Below the pieces are notes generated by a model, which made no database searches, was not told the DNA's origin, and saw only the letters and a program-made list of their open reading frames with translations. A stretch of 64,000 nucleotides of DNA from Candidatus Marinacidobacterales bacterium (lineage in GTDB: Bacteria > Acidobacteriota > Vicinamibacteria > Marinacidobacterales > DATDRI01), in NCBI GenBank assembly GCA_965226495.1, contig OZ245365.1, positions 1,856,001 to 1,920,000 on the forward strand. Direction: 5' to 3'. Positions 10,250-21,298 of this stretch are shown here, in pieces. The translations under genes and the position numbers were made by a program. The number at the start of each line of letters is the position of its first letter. Position 1 is the stretch's first letter.

Positions 10250-11032
10250 TCAGGGCGTGGGAAGCTGTGCGTCGGGGCCGAGCGGCGCTTGAACCTCCCA
10301 TACGCCGCGATCGAAGTCTCGAACCAACGTCCTCATGTGGTCCATCACTGTTTTGAATTCCGCTGTTCCGCCGATAGCCTCGGCGTCTTTGCGACGGGCC
10401 TCGGCGTTTGGATAGCCCATCTGCCAGATGACCTCCGGAAGCTCGCCAACCGGATCCACGATGCGATCCAGGACACGACCGCTCGGATACTTCAGCTGTT
10501 CGCGTACTTCACTCGCATGGATGCGATGACTCAGCATCGCACCGCGCTGGTCGGGGTTTGCGTAGTACCAGTTGGTAACGACGATCCCTCCCGGAGGCTG
10601 AGCGGTGGGGGAGAGTCCCGCCTTAGTGAGTATCACCGGTGACAACGGATCCTTAACCTGCCACAGGGTTCGCTCGAAACGCTGGATCAGAGTTCGCATA
10701 CGGTCCCGAACGCCTTCGAACGCGTCGCTTGCGGCACGTGCATCCATATCCCGATCGTGAGCGGCGATGTCGGCGAACTCACACTCCCAAATCACGTCCG
10801 GAAGCTTGTCGGCGTCGTTGATGCGCCGCAACACGCGGCCGCGAGGCAAACCAAGACGATCACGGACGACGGAGGCGTACAGACGGGTCTCCAGCACATC
10901 ATCGGCCATGCCGGGGTTGGCGTAATACATGTTGAAGACGACAAGGTGGCCGGAGTCGCCTTGGGCGTAACCCTTTTGGCAGGGCAACAAATTGAGGCCA
11001 AAGAGCACTAAAACGGTGCAAAAGGTTTTCAC
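10250..11032 (-). CDS. Exported protein with two tandem NIPSNAP-like domains
   Basis: Signal-like N-terminus; internal duplication YYANP..R..AS.VR..L..P.GRVL.R..LP.VIW..MRTL. Confidence 0.6.
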   Translation of the reverse strand: MKTFCTVLVLFGLNLLPCQKGYAQGDSGHLVVFNMYYANPGMADDVLETRLYASVVRDRLGLPRGRVLRRINDADKLPDVIWECEFADIAAHDRDMDARAASDAFEGVRDRMRTLIQRFERTLWQVKDPLSPVILTKAGLSPTAQPPGGIVVTNWYYANPDQRGAMLSHRIHASEVREQLKYPSGRVLDRIVDPVGELPEVIWQMGYPNAEARRKDAEAIGGTAEFKTVMDHMRTLVRDFDRGVWEVQAPLGPDAQLPTP

Positions 11033-11311
11033 TCGACTCCTCCCAGATCTGAGGCTGGATGTTAATAGAGCGGAGGCGATCCGGGCAACCGGCTCGCCTT
11101 TTCGAACCGTGTAGGTGAAAAATGCCGTGCGTGTCAACTCCCGAATCCCACACAAAACTCTGCTAAGATACCGCGGCCGTGAGAGGGAGCGCCATGAAAG
11201 AGAACCAAACGCTAGGATCTGGAAGAAACATCCCGGTGAGGAGCTCGGCGATACCGGGGGCTTGATATTTCCCGCAATTTGCCGGAAGATCTACGTCACC
11301 ACTACCAAAGG

Positions 11312-11389
11312 GGCGGGGTAGCTCAGTCTGGTTAGAGCGACGGACTCATAACCCGTAGGTCGGCGGTTCAAGTCCGCCCCCCGCTACCA
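11312..11389 (+). tRNA. tRNA-Met(CAT), elongator type
   Basis: Acceptor GGCGGGG/CCCCGCT, D-arm AGCTCAG..TAGAGC, anticodon loop CTCATAA, T-loop GTTCAAG, encoded CCA; lacks initiator C1:A72 and the three G-C anticodon pairs. Confidence 0.93.
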
Positions 11390-11394
11390 ACTTC

Positions 11395-11885
11395 CTCCGA
11401 TTCCATCTGTCGGAGCTTTTGCGGCAGTCCCGGCGTGTCGAGTCCGAGCTCGTCGCACATATTGCCGAGGTGGACGAGCGGCGACTCTATGCACGTGAAG
11501 CCTGCCCATCGACGTTCGCCTACTGCACCGAGTCCTTGAATATGTCGGAGGCCGAGGCCTATCTCCGAATTGGAGTGGCGCGCGCTTCGTGGAGACACAC
11601 AGTCAGCGTTGCACGGAACGTGACCAACTGCAGTTTCACCACCGGCGGCCCTACGTCCGTCGCGGCGACCACTCCCTGGAAAACATCCACTTGATGTGTC
11701 CCACGCACAACGCCTACCTTGCCGAGTGCGACTACGGCAAAGGAGTGATGGAGAAGTACAGGCGCTCTGGACGCTGTGTGCGGGAACCGGCGCCTGTCTG
11801 CTCCATCGAGACAACCGACTGGCACGGCCGAATCGGGGCGGTTATGTCACGTACACTGCCCAGCCACTATCAAGCAACTCGTTGA
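11395..11885 (+). pseudogene. Internally deleted DUF222-like/HNH endonuclease remnant
   Basis: N-terminal LVAHIAEVDERRLY..TFAYC joined out of frame to HNH motif QFHH..GDHSLENIHLMC.THN. Confidence 0.7.
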
Positions 11886-12602
11886 GGAACAAACCGCGAA
11901 TTAACTCGGGATAATCGTGCGCGGGACGGTACACGATGCACGGATTGAAAACGAGGCAATAGCCGAGCTGGTAGCCCGGGTGCTGACCGTCGCGCTTGCC
12001 GGGGATCGGCTCGCCCGGTGAGTCCCCATCTTCACGCATGTTCAGCTCCGGATTCGGTGTGTAAGAAAGTTTGGTGGGTGGATCATTGAGTAGGTAGTCG
12101 GAGGGCGCCTCCACCGACGATTCGGACGGTCCACTTTCGCACCGATGAGGGCTTCGGGTCACGTTCTCTGTAAGTCGTACCTGCCACTTGTTAGCCTATC
12201 TCGATTAAAACAGTCGGTGGGAGGTTTGACAGGAGCCTCAGAAGGGCCTGCCTGCTCCATTAGCTTTTGGGGCTTGAGAACCAGTCGGGTTTTGGAGCAA
12301 AATAATGGGGTCTCCGGACCCCGACCGGAGAGCAGGTAAAAATGGCAGGAGGAAACTCATGCGTATGAGGACGATAGCGCCGTCAATCATTGGCATTATT
12401 GTGGCGGCTAACTTCGCCGTAGGTCAGTCTCTCGCGGAGCTCGCAGAGAAAGAAAAGGAGAGGCGGAAGAGCAACGACCAGGAAGCAACCATCGTGGTCA
12501 AGAACAGGGGAGTATGGCTGGTCCCGGTGACCTGCTCCCTAAAAACTGTGACAAGTCGAAAGCAGAAGTGAGCTGAGATAATGGCCGGGAAAAGGAGCGG
12601 TC

Positions 12603-12869
12603 ATGAAGAAGAAGCGGTTCACAGAGGAGCAGATCATCGGGGTCTTGAAAGAGGCGGACGCGGGCATGGCGGTGACGGAGCTTTGCCGCAAGCACGGGAT
12701 GTCGAACCCGACGTTCTACAAGTGGCGAGCGAAGTACGGTGGCATGGACGTGCCGGATGCGCGACGTCTGAAACAACTCGAGGATGAGAACCGGCGCCTG
12801 AAGGGCTTGGTGGCAGACCAGGCGTTGGACATCCAGATGCTGAAAGCCGTGAACGCAAAAAAATGGTGA
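12603..12869 (+). CDS. IS3 OrfA
   Basis: [15 protein letters not shown]; A7 run just before the stop is a likely -1 frameshift site. Confidence 0.93.
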   Translation: MKKKRFTEEQIIGVLKEADAGMAVTELCRKHGMSNPTFYKWRAKYGGMDVPDARRLKQLEDENRRLKGLVADQALDIQMLKAVNAKKW

Positions 12870-13687
12870 GTCCTGCCGTGAAGCGCGAGGCGGCGACGTG
12901 GCTGACGGAGAAATTCAGAGTCAGTCAACGTCGTGCGTGCAGGACGTTGGAGCTCAGCCTCGGTACATGCCGCTATATCAGTCGTCGCGACGATGGTGGT
13001 GTAATACGTGAACGGATGCTCGCCATGGCCGAACAACGCCCTCGGTTCGGATACCGTCGCCTCTGGGTTCTACTTCGCCGCGAAGGCCACCGGGTCAATG
13101 TGAAGCGCGTCTACCGTTTGTATCGTATTGAAGGACTGAAGCTTCGAACGAAGAAGCGCAAGCGGGTATCCCACGAACACCGGACGCCGTTGCGTGAACC
13201 CAACACGGTGAACGAGCGATGGTCGATGGATTTCGTCTCGGACCAGCTCGCCAACTCTCTCCGATTCCGTACGCTCAACGTCGTCGATGATTGCAGCCGC
13301 GAGGCGTTGGTGATCGAAGTCGCCAGATCCTTGCCCGGCTCAGCGGTTGTCAACGCGCTCGAAGCGGTCGCTGAACTACGCGGCTACCCAGAACAGATTG
13401 TCATCGACAACGGTCCGGAATTTCGAGGTCGCATCCTCGACGCCTGGGCCTACGAACATGGCGTCGAGCTCCGGTTCATCGAGCCTGGGAAGCCGACACA
13501 GAACGCGTTCGTAGAAAGTTTCAACGGTCGGTTCCGAGACGAGTGTCTCAACCAGCACTGGTTCGTCAGCCTGGCAGACGCCCAGCGCACAATCGAACAA
13601 TGGCGCCAGGATTACAACACGGCGCGACCCCACAGCTCGCTCGGCAATCGAACACCAGCTGAGTTTGCTCGGGAACGCGTCGCATGA
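12863..13687 (+). CDS. IS3 OrfB DDE transposase
   Basis: [22 protein letters not shown]. Confidence 0.95.
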   Translation: MVSPAVKREAATWLTEKFRVSQRRACRTLELSLGTCRYISRRDDGGVIRERMLAMAEQRPRFGYRRLWVLLRREGHRVNVKRVYRLYRIEGLKLRTKKRKRVSHEHRTPLREPNTVNERWSMDFVSDQLANSLRFRTLNVVDDCSREALVIEVARSLPGSAVVNALEAVAELRGYPEQIVIDNGPEFRGRILDAWAYEHGVELRFIEPGKPTQNAFVESFNGRFRDECLNQHWFVSLADAQRTIEQWRQDYNTARPHSSLGNRTPAEFARERVA

Positions 13688-14319
13688 TGGCCGTGTCTCG
13701 TGGATCTTCTGCCTTCGGGTCATACTAGAAAAAGGGGGCAGGTCACCGGAGGAGCCGGAGAGTGAGGACTCGGCGGAGCCCGTCGGCGAGTCTGAGAATG
13801 CCAAGGGGCGGGCTAGCAAGCAGGAAATCCCCGCAATAGAAGAGTGTAGGGTTGCCCAGGACACTCTCGGCGACTTGAAGCGCGACCAACGACAGTTAGA
13901 GACGCGGTACCTTCAACTCCGCAGGAAGGCACAGACCGCGAGAATTCTCGACACGCACGGACGCCGGGAGTTGGAAGAGGACGATTGGCGAGTTTCCCGC
14001 GATGAGGGTAACGAGATTCTCGGGGAGCTGACAGCGGTTAGGGCCGGGCTCAACGACACGAATACAAAGGTTGACACCTACTTGCAGAGGGTCTCAGAAA
14101 CCTGCCAATAGAGTTACCGAGCGGTGCTCTAGCTTGGTGTCTCCGCCGGGACTCGCCGTCGTTCACCGGCCCCCAGGTTTTCCTCGCCGGCGGGAGTATG
14201 TTACTTTCCCGATCGAGATTTGGTCTCCGAGTATCAAAACATAGCTACTACGGCCTCCGCGCCAGGCTTCAGGTAAGCTCTGGCTCGAAGCGTCTAAAAA
14301 AGAAGATGGCCCCCTTAAC

Positions 14320-14928
14320 GTGAAGCACCACATCAAACAATACCCTCTGGAGCAAGGCGCTTTGGAGATCGAGTTCATCGAAGAGTTTTTCGGAGAGTTC
14401 GACCGGAAGAAGCGCGCCGCGGAGATTATTGAACGCCTTGCCGATCGAAGTCACCTCATTCTTTTCGCCGAAGCGGCGCTGCCCCACGACCCGTCCCAAA
14501 CGGCTCCGGTTTCGTTCAAGGTAGCGCACGAGATCTTTCAGCATGAGAAAGACCCGTCCCTGGCCGACCTCGTGAAACGACTGGACGGTCCCGTTAACTT
14601 CTACGGCCGGCGCGTACTGTATAGCTGGATCGGTGGCACGCGCCGAGATTGGCGCGGACAAGGGCACTTCCGGGCACTCACCGAACAACAGGAAGTCTGG
14701 GCGGTGGGCCAGGGTTTTCACGAGGTGGTGGTCAAGACCAAGAACAAGTTCTATGAGATGCGCGGCACGCTCACGCATCTCTGTTTCGATGTCATCAAAT
14801 ACGAACGAGACCCGACCGCTAACCAGGAGTCCAAGGTCTACCTGAGCAAACAGCTCGGGTTGGATTTGCTCAAAGAACACCGGAGCGAGAAAACAGTCGT
14901 CCAAGCGGTTTCGAAGCCGAAGGACTAA
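14320..14928 (+). CDS. GNAT-like acetyltransferase
   Basis: YSWIGGTRRDWRGQG resembles acetyl-CoA binding motif A. Confidence 0.6.
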   Translation: MKHHIKQYPLEQGALEIEFIEEFFGEFDRKKRAAEIIERLADRSHLILFAEAALPHDPSQTAPVSFKVAHEIFQHEKDPSLADLVKRLDGPVNFYGRRVLYSWIGGTRRDWRGQGHFRALTEQQEVWAVGQGFHEVVVKTKNKFYEMRGTLTHLCFDVIKYERDPTANQESKVYLSKQLGLDLLKEHRSEKTVVQAVSKPKD

Positions 14929-15139
14929 CAGCCCCCCGCTAGTTTCGGTGGCCGATCCCGGAGACGCAAGTGGCGAGATGGGATCTGACCGTCGTCTGGC
15001 CACGCTTTTTCCTTGCACATCGTATTTTGACGGCAAAACAAGTGTCAGCGGGGCGGAACTGTTGGAAACCTCACATAAACGCAAGCTAGAGGACATGCTC
15101 GAACGGTAGCGAACGTATACTGGCGGGTGGAGGTGGTCG

Positions 15140-16129
15140 ATGCTTCTGCACGCAGTCGTCCTATACACGATGCTGGCTCCCAGCCAGAAGATCGTTCAGG
15201 TTGTTGAAAAAGACGCCATACCGGCGATCGATGATCCCAAGTTCGTGAGCGCTGAGGAGGGTGACAAGTTCCTGTCCGACAACGAGCTCGTCATCGGGCT
15301 CTTCGATGGGGAGGCGGCGAAGGCTTACTCCGCCTGGATACTCGATGGACACGAGATCGTGAACGACCGGCTCGGAGACACACCCGTCGCCGTTACTTGG
15401 TGACCACTCGCGCATACGGGCATCGTGTATGCCCGCGAAGTGGAAGGGGAGGAGCTCACCTTCGGTGTCAGCGGAAAGCTCATCGAGGATTCTTTGGTGA
15501 TGTACGATCGCGAGACCGATAGCCTCTGGCCGCAGATCGATGGGACCGCGATCTCGGGACGCTACGAAGGCAAGCAGCTTCGTTCCATCGCCTCCTCGCT
15601 CTTAACCTGGAAGGAATGGAAGAAGCTCCATCCGGAGACGCTCGTGCTCCACACCGGAGAACGCGCGCGCGGCTCGGCTTACGCGAGCTATTTCAATGAC
15701 CGTTCCATCGGGATCGGTTACGCGACGGTGACCGACAAACGCCTGCACGGGAAGGAAAAGGTGATCGGCGTCTACGTCGAGGGGCAAACGTTGGTATTTC
15801 CTCTGAAGAAGCTCAAGAAAAAAAAGTCGGCTCAAGTGCGGCTGGCCGGAGTGCCTTTGGTGGCGGCCTACGCCAAGGGTGCGAAGACCGCGGTGGCGTT
15901 TTTGGCCCGGTCGGAGAACGGCCGCGAGTTGACGTTCGGCGAAGTCGAGAAGGAAGACGATCGCCTGACGATGAAGGACGAGCAGACGGGTACGACATGG
16001 CTGGTCCTTTCGGGAGAAGCCATTGTCGGTCCTCTTAAGGGCGAGCACCTAGAGCCGGCCCGCGCTCTCGTTGCCTTTTGGTACGCGTGGCAGACCTTCA
16101 ACCGCGATTCCGAGATCTGGGGAGAGTAG
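15140..16129 (+). CDS. DUF3179-family protein, probable selenoprotein (UGA at 15401-15403)
   Basis: ORFs 15140-15403 and 15425-16129 share a frame; TW-U-PLAHTG aligns with the family motif TYCPLCxTG; DAIPAIDDP, FGVSGKL, MYDRETDSLW, FWYAW. Confidence 0.85.
15404..15443 (+). promoter_or_regulatory. SECIS-like hairpin immediately 3' of the UGA
   Basis: CCACT-CGCG-CATAC pairs with GTATG-CGCG-AGTGG; apical loop begins with G residues. Confidence 0.7.
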
Positions 16130-16141
16130 GAGGAACCGGCG

Positions 16142-16755
16142 TCAGGCGGCCGCTTGCGGCTCTTTGGGCTCTTCTTCTTCGATTGCCATCAAAAATGCGG
16201 CGGCGAGGCACTCCAATAGCAGCAGCATGCTCGTAAAGGACTTCGTCATGACGACGCTTTTTTCCGCCGCTTCCGCCACTAGCTTCCGCCGGCAGACGCC
16301 CGCCAACTGGCTGTCGGCGTGACAGGTTACGGCGACCGTCTCGGCCCCCATTTTTTTTCCCAGGAGCTCGGCCGCCCTAACCGCCTCCGTCGTTTCGCCG
16401 GACCGGGAGATGACGATTCCCGCCGGCTTACCGGTTCGGGAAAAGAGGGAGCTCGGATGCAGGAACACGTCGGAAGCTGTATTTGGATGGGTGCTAGAAA
16501 TTCTAGCGTCGAGAGGGATGATAGATGGCAAGACACGGTCACGGCGCGACCGGCGCGACCCGCGATGGCGGTCCAGGCCGACGCCGCAGAGAGGGCCAGG
16601 TAGTACGAGGTCCCGCAGCCGGTGAAGAGCAATCTCTTGTCGGCAAACCCTTCGAGCGTGGCCCGGATGTTCTCTCCATCCGAACGGAAGCGGTCGAACG
16701 TTTTAGCCCAAGCCTGGGGCTGCTCTTTGATTTCAGTCTCAGTAAAGGTGGTCAT
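16142..16755 (-). pseudogene. SIS-domain sugar isomerase (GlmS/AgaS-like), disrupted by a 59-bp insert and truncated
   Basis: EIKEQP, FTGCGTSY, ISRSGETTE, EKSVVMTKSFTS; removing 16478-16536 restores RAVT-ASDVF. Confidence 0.8.
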
Positions 16756-16767
16756 AGTCTTAGGGAA

Positions 16768-19076
16768 CTAGTAGTGTCGGGCGCAGAAGGCGCGGGGCTC
16801 GGTGCCGGTAATGAAAGTCTCGGACTGGGCGTTGGGGCAAGATGCTCGCGCGAGCTGCCCCGTTTCGGAATCGATTCGGGCGAAGGTCACGCCGCTGGGT
16901 GGCTCGAACACTCCGGTCTCTCGACCGGAGACCGCGGACTTCATGAAGCGGGTCCAAATAGGCAATGCCGCCTGGGAGCCGGTGAGTCCCAACGGCTTGT
17001 TGTCATCGTATCCCACCCATACGACGGCGAGAAGATCCGGGGTGAACCCCACGAACCAGGCATCGCGCGTATCGTTGGTGGTGCCGGTCTTGCCGGCAGC
17101 GACCGCTCTGAAACCGCGCGCACGGATCTCTCTCGCCGTGCCCTGGTCGATGACACTTCGCATCATGTCTGTTACCAGATAGGCGCTTGCGGGGTGAGCT
17201 ACGGCATGGCGGCCGGTCTCGACACTGTCGAGGGTCCGTCCCTTCGCGTCCTGGACCTCGACGAAGAATCGAGGGTCGACGCGAACACCATGGTTGGCGA
17301 TGACCGTGTAGGCGGTGGCCAGATCCAGTGGTGTCATCTCGAAGGCTCCGAGCACGACGGACGGGTATGGCTGGAGACTACTGTGCGTCCCGATCGCATC
17401 CCAGAGCTTGACCACTCGTTCGTAGCCGACTTCTTTTCCTACTTTTGCGGTCGCCACGTTGAGTGAGCGAGCCAAGGCGCGACGATAGGTGACGTCGCCG
17501 GAGAAGCGATGATCGTAGTTGGACGGGCGCCATGGCCTTCCTCCGTGCCAAATCGTTGTGGGCTCGTCGCGCACGATGCTGGCGGGCGTGAAGTATCGGG
17601 TCGAAGAACCGCCGATGCGCGTCAACTCGTAGCTTCGCTCGAAAGCGGCGAGGTAGACGAACGGTTTGAACGCACTTCCCGGCTGACGCCGTGCTTCGGT
17701 CGCGCGGTTGAATTGACTGAGGCCGTAGCTTCGTCCACCAACGAGTGCCAGGATGTCGCCGCGCGCCGGATCCATCGCAATGAGGGCGGCCTGGACGTTC
17801 CGGGGTTTGTTCTTTCCGGAGAGCTTCTCCTCGATCTCGGTGAGGCCTTCCGCCACCGCGCGCTGGGCGGCGGTCTGAAGATAACGATCCATCGTGGAGT
17901 GCACGGTTAGGGTCACCGTAGCTTCAGGTGGGTAGCGGTCGAAGAGCTCTTCCCGGAGGGCGTCTATGAAGTAGGGGGCCTCACCGACGTCCACCGCACC
18001 CGGCTCGATGGCAAGTGGCCTCGCGGCGGCCGTCTCGGCGGCGGCTCTCTCGATGAACCCATGGCGTGCCATCTGGCCAAGCACGATGTCCCTACGCGCC
18101 CGGGCCTTGTCCGCATGGCGGAAAGGGGATGCGGCATTGGGCGCACGGATGAGGGCGGCCAAGAGGGCGGCTTCTTCGAGCTCCAGGTTCTTGACGTCTT
18201 TACCGAAAAAAATCTTGGCGGCTTGACCGACACCGCTGATTCCGAACGAGCCGCGTTGGCCCAAATACACATCGTTGAGATAGAGCTGGAGGATCTCTTC
18301 CTTTCCCGCGCGGTTTTCCAGGATGATGGCGAGAAAAGCCTCCAAGGCTTTCCGCCGCACGGTTTTTTCCGGGGTCAAGAAGTAGTTCTTGACCAGCTGC
18401 TGGCTGAGGGTGCTGCCACCTTGTTTTACTTCGCCGCTCTTGATGTCCAGCCAGGCGGCTCTCACGATTCCGATGGGATCGAGGCCGGTGTGCTGGAAGA
18501 ACCGACGGTCCTCGGTCGCCAGCACCGCCTGGATCAGGACCGTCGGGATCTCGTCGAGAGACACCCACCTCTGTTTGGTCCGCTCTTCTCCGAAGAGCGT
18601 CGTCACCGGGACGGCCTCGAGGTCTACCTTCGCGAGGGCGTTTCCATTGGGGAACTCTCGAATGGCTTGTACCGACTTGTCCCAAAAACGAACGCCGATG
18701 ATGTGTGGGGAGTCGCTTTTTCCGGAGTGGCCTAAATGTACGCGAACTTCGTCCTTCGCTTTATAAAACGTGCCCGGCTCTTGCACCGAGCTCTTGGTTC
18801 GCTGGTAGCGAACTGAGTTCAGAAGGTCAATGAACTCAGATTCCAGCAGTCTCTGCTGGTAGCGTAGCTCGAAGGGTTGCGCGTAAACCCAGTTGGGCTT
18901 CGCCAGCCGTTCGCCTTCGAGCCGTAGACCGATCTCACGAGAGAACCGGAAGTAGTGGACGATGAGAGTCGCGACCACATAAAAGAGCGCGATGCTGAGA
19001 AGGGTGAGCGCGGCGAAGGTAATTTTGAAGCGAAGGGCGAATAGCGCCGCCGCCGGGACCGACGTTTTTTGCTCAA
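16768..19076 (-). CDS. mrcB: Bifunctional class A penicillin-binding protein (PBP1b-like); apparent 1-bp frameshift near the N-terminus
   Basis: EDRRFFQH, GGSTLSQQLVKN, SAFK, SLN, KTG motifs; UB2H-like region; basic MSKKRRSRRRR head is out of frame with the TM segment. Confidence 0.82.
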
Positions 19077-19096
19077 GTCGGCCTATTATAAAAGAT

Positions 19097-20512
19097 CTAG
19101 AACCGATAAATCTTCATCATATTGGTGGCGCCCTCGATGGTGGTCGTGCCACAGACCAGAATCGCGATGTCGCCGGAATCAACCCTGCCCATTGTCGAAA
19201 GAAGTTTCATGCCCGACTCCAGCATCTCGTCCGTCGTTTCGTAGTGGCGGGACCGCACCGGAGTCGCCCCCCACGTCAGAGCGAGTTGGCGATAGACACG
19301 CTCCTGGGGCGTGAAGGCGAGGACCGCCGAGCCGGGTCGGCAGTAGCTGACGAGCCGAGCCGTGGAGCCGGACTCCGTGAAGACGACGAGGTAGCGGGCT
19401 CCGAGCTGTTCGGCGGCGCGACAAGCGCCAACCGCGACCGCCCTCGCAATCGGGGACCCTTCGAGAGAGGCGGAGTCGGAGCGTCGACGGCGTGGCCCCA
19501 AACGTTGCTCGGTGTACTCGGCAATGCGCGCCATGGTAGCTACCGACTCGACGGGATACTTACCGGACGCCGTCTCGGCGGAGAGCATAAGCGCGTCGGT
19601 CCCGTCCAAGATCGCGTTGGCGACGTCGGTAGCCTCCGCCCTGGTGGGACGATGATGGTCCACCATCGACTCCAGCATTTGGGTCGCGGTAATAACGGTC
19701 CGCCCCCTTTCATTCGCAGCGGCGATAATTTCCTTTTGAAGCATGGGTATCTGCTCGGTCGGGAGCTCCACGCCGAGATCACCGCGCGCCACCATGACCC
19801 CATCGGAGACATCGAGGATGTCGGATAGATTTTCGACCGCGCCCGGTTTTTCGATCTTTGCGATGATCGGCATGTCGGCGCGCCCTTGTTCGTGCAGGAG
19901 GTTCCGCAGCTCTTCCACGTTCTTCTTGCTTCTGACGAAGGATTGAGCGACGAAGTCGACGTCGAGCGATAATCCGAACTCGAGGTCATCCCGATCCTTT
20001 TGAGTCAACGAAGGGATGGAGAGTCGAACCCCCGGCAGATTGATGCCCTTTTTCGATTTCAAGCGGCCGCCACTCACGACCTTGGTCTTCACGTCTCCAC
20101 CAGAGATTGTTTCTACCTCCAACTCGATGAGACCATCGTCGAGGAGGATGCGCTTGCCCGGCCGAACATCCTGAGGAAGATGCCGGTAGGTCGTGGACAC
20201 ACGCTCGGCGGTTCCAACCATGTCTTCGGTCGTCAGGGTTAAACTCGCCCCTTCCTTCAAGAGGACGCCCTTCTTGTCCGAAACGTCGCCGGTTCGAATC
20301 TTGGGGCCAGAGAGGTCTTGGAGACAGGCGACCGCCTGGCCGAGCCGTTTCGCGGTACCGCGCACGGTTTCGATGGCCTTTTGGTGTTGCCGGTGGCTGC
20401 CGTGCGAAAAATTGAGTCGGAATACGTTCACCCCGCTTTCGATGAGACGCTCGATGATCTCGGCATCGTAAGACGCCGGCCCGAGGGTGGCGACGATCTT
20501 GGTTCGTCGCAT
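19097..20512 (-). CDS. pyk: Pyruvate kinase
   Basis: RRTKIVATLGPAS, RLNFSHG, IIAKIE, MVARGDLGVE, ATQMLESM. Confidence 0.97.
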   Translation of the reverse strand: MRRTKIVATLGPASYDAEIIERLIESGVNVFRLNFSHGSHRQHQKAIETVRGTAKRLGQAVACLQDLSGPKIRTGDVSDKKGVLLKEGASLTLTTEDMVGTAERVSTTYRHLPQDVRPGKRILLDDGLIELEVETISGGDVKTKVVSGGRLKSKKGINLPGVRLSIPSLTQKDRDDLEFGLSLDVDFVAQSFVRSKKNVEELRNLLHEQGRADMPIIAKIEKPGAVENLSDILDVSDGVMVARGDLGVELPTEQIPMLQKEIIAAANERGRTVITATQMLESMVDHHRPTRAEATDVANAILDGTDALMLSAETASGKYPVESVATMARIAEYTEQRLGPRRRRSDSASLEGSPIARAVAVGACRAAEQLGARYLVVFTESGSTARLVSYCRPGSAVLAFTPQERVYRQLALTWGATPVRSRHYETTDEMLESGMKLLSTMGRVDSGDIAILVCGTTTIEGATNMMKIYRF

Positions 20513-20513
20513 A

Positions 20514-21248
20514 TCAACGTGGGAGAAGCGGGGTCCCCTCATGGAGGGGGGCGGCGTCTGGCACGGGAGCCAGACGACAGCGAAGGATAGTAGTGATGAT
20601 CTTCCAGCCTGCCAGGACCGTTCCCTTTACGGTACCGGTGATCTTCGAGCGGCCGATGCGGCGGTGATAGCTGACCGGGACTTCTGTCGAAGGTACTCCG
20701 GCTCGGGAAGCCTTGGCTTGCATTTCGGCGGTCCAGCCGTAATTCCGGTCTTCCATTTCTAACGAGAGCAGAGTCGTATATCGGATGGCGCGAAATGGCC
20801 CGAGATCGGTAAAACGCACGCCGTAGAGTAGACGGATCATCCAGGTCGCAAGCCAATTCCCCCAACGGGCGTGCGGTGCCAGTGCGCCGGGTTCCCGTAC
20901 TCCCAAGACGCGCGAGCCGATGACCAGGTCCGCGGCATCGGTGAGGATTGGATCGATCAGCTGGGGCAGCTCCGAGGGCCGGTCGCTATAGTCGGCGTCC
21001 ACAAAGACGACGATGTCGGGTGGATTGGAATTCAATGCCGCGATGCCGGTCAAACAAGCCTGCCCGTAGCCTTGCCTTGGCTCCGCTACCAGCGTCGCGC
21101 CACCGGCGCGCGCAACGTCGGCGGTGCGATCCCGACTCCCGTTGTCGACGACAACGACCTCATTGACCAGCGGGTGCGGTATGTCGGCCAAAACGGAAGG
21201 CAGGGATCGTTCTTCGTCGAGCGCCGGGATCACAACGACGATGCGCAT
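20514..21248 (-). CDS. Glycosyltransferase family 2
   Basis: IPALDEE, VVDNGSRD, DAD, IGSR. Confidence 0.92.
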   Translation of the reverse strand: MRIVVVIPALDEERSLPSVLADIPHPLVNEVVVVDNGSRDRTADVARAGGATLVAEPRQGYGQACLTGIAALNSNPPDIVVFVDADYSDRPSELPQLIDPILTDAADLVIGSRVLGVREPGALAPHARWGNWLATWMIRLLYGVRFTDLGPFRAIRYTTLLSLEMEDRNYGWTAEMQAKASRAGVPSTEVPVSYHRRIGRSKITGTVKGTVLAGWKIITTILRCRLAPVPDAAPLHEGTPLLPR

Positions 21249-21298
21249 GTGGGCTCCAGTATAGCCCATCCGCTTTAGGGCGACTCCCGAGTGCCGGA

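Larger units (their letters stand above)
12528..13745 (+). mobile_element. IS3-family insertion sequence, complete
   Basis: TG..CA ends TGACCTGCTCCCT / AGGGGGCAGGTCA; 4-bp target duplication CCGG (12524-12527, 13746-13749). Confidence 0.95.
12359..14111 (+). pseudogene. Exported coiled-coil protein (~176 aa) interrupted by IS3
   Basis: Removing 12528-13749 restores the frame WLVP-EEPESED; signal peptide followed by QSLAELAEKEKERR. Confidence 0.8.
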
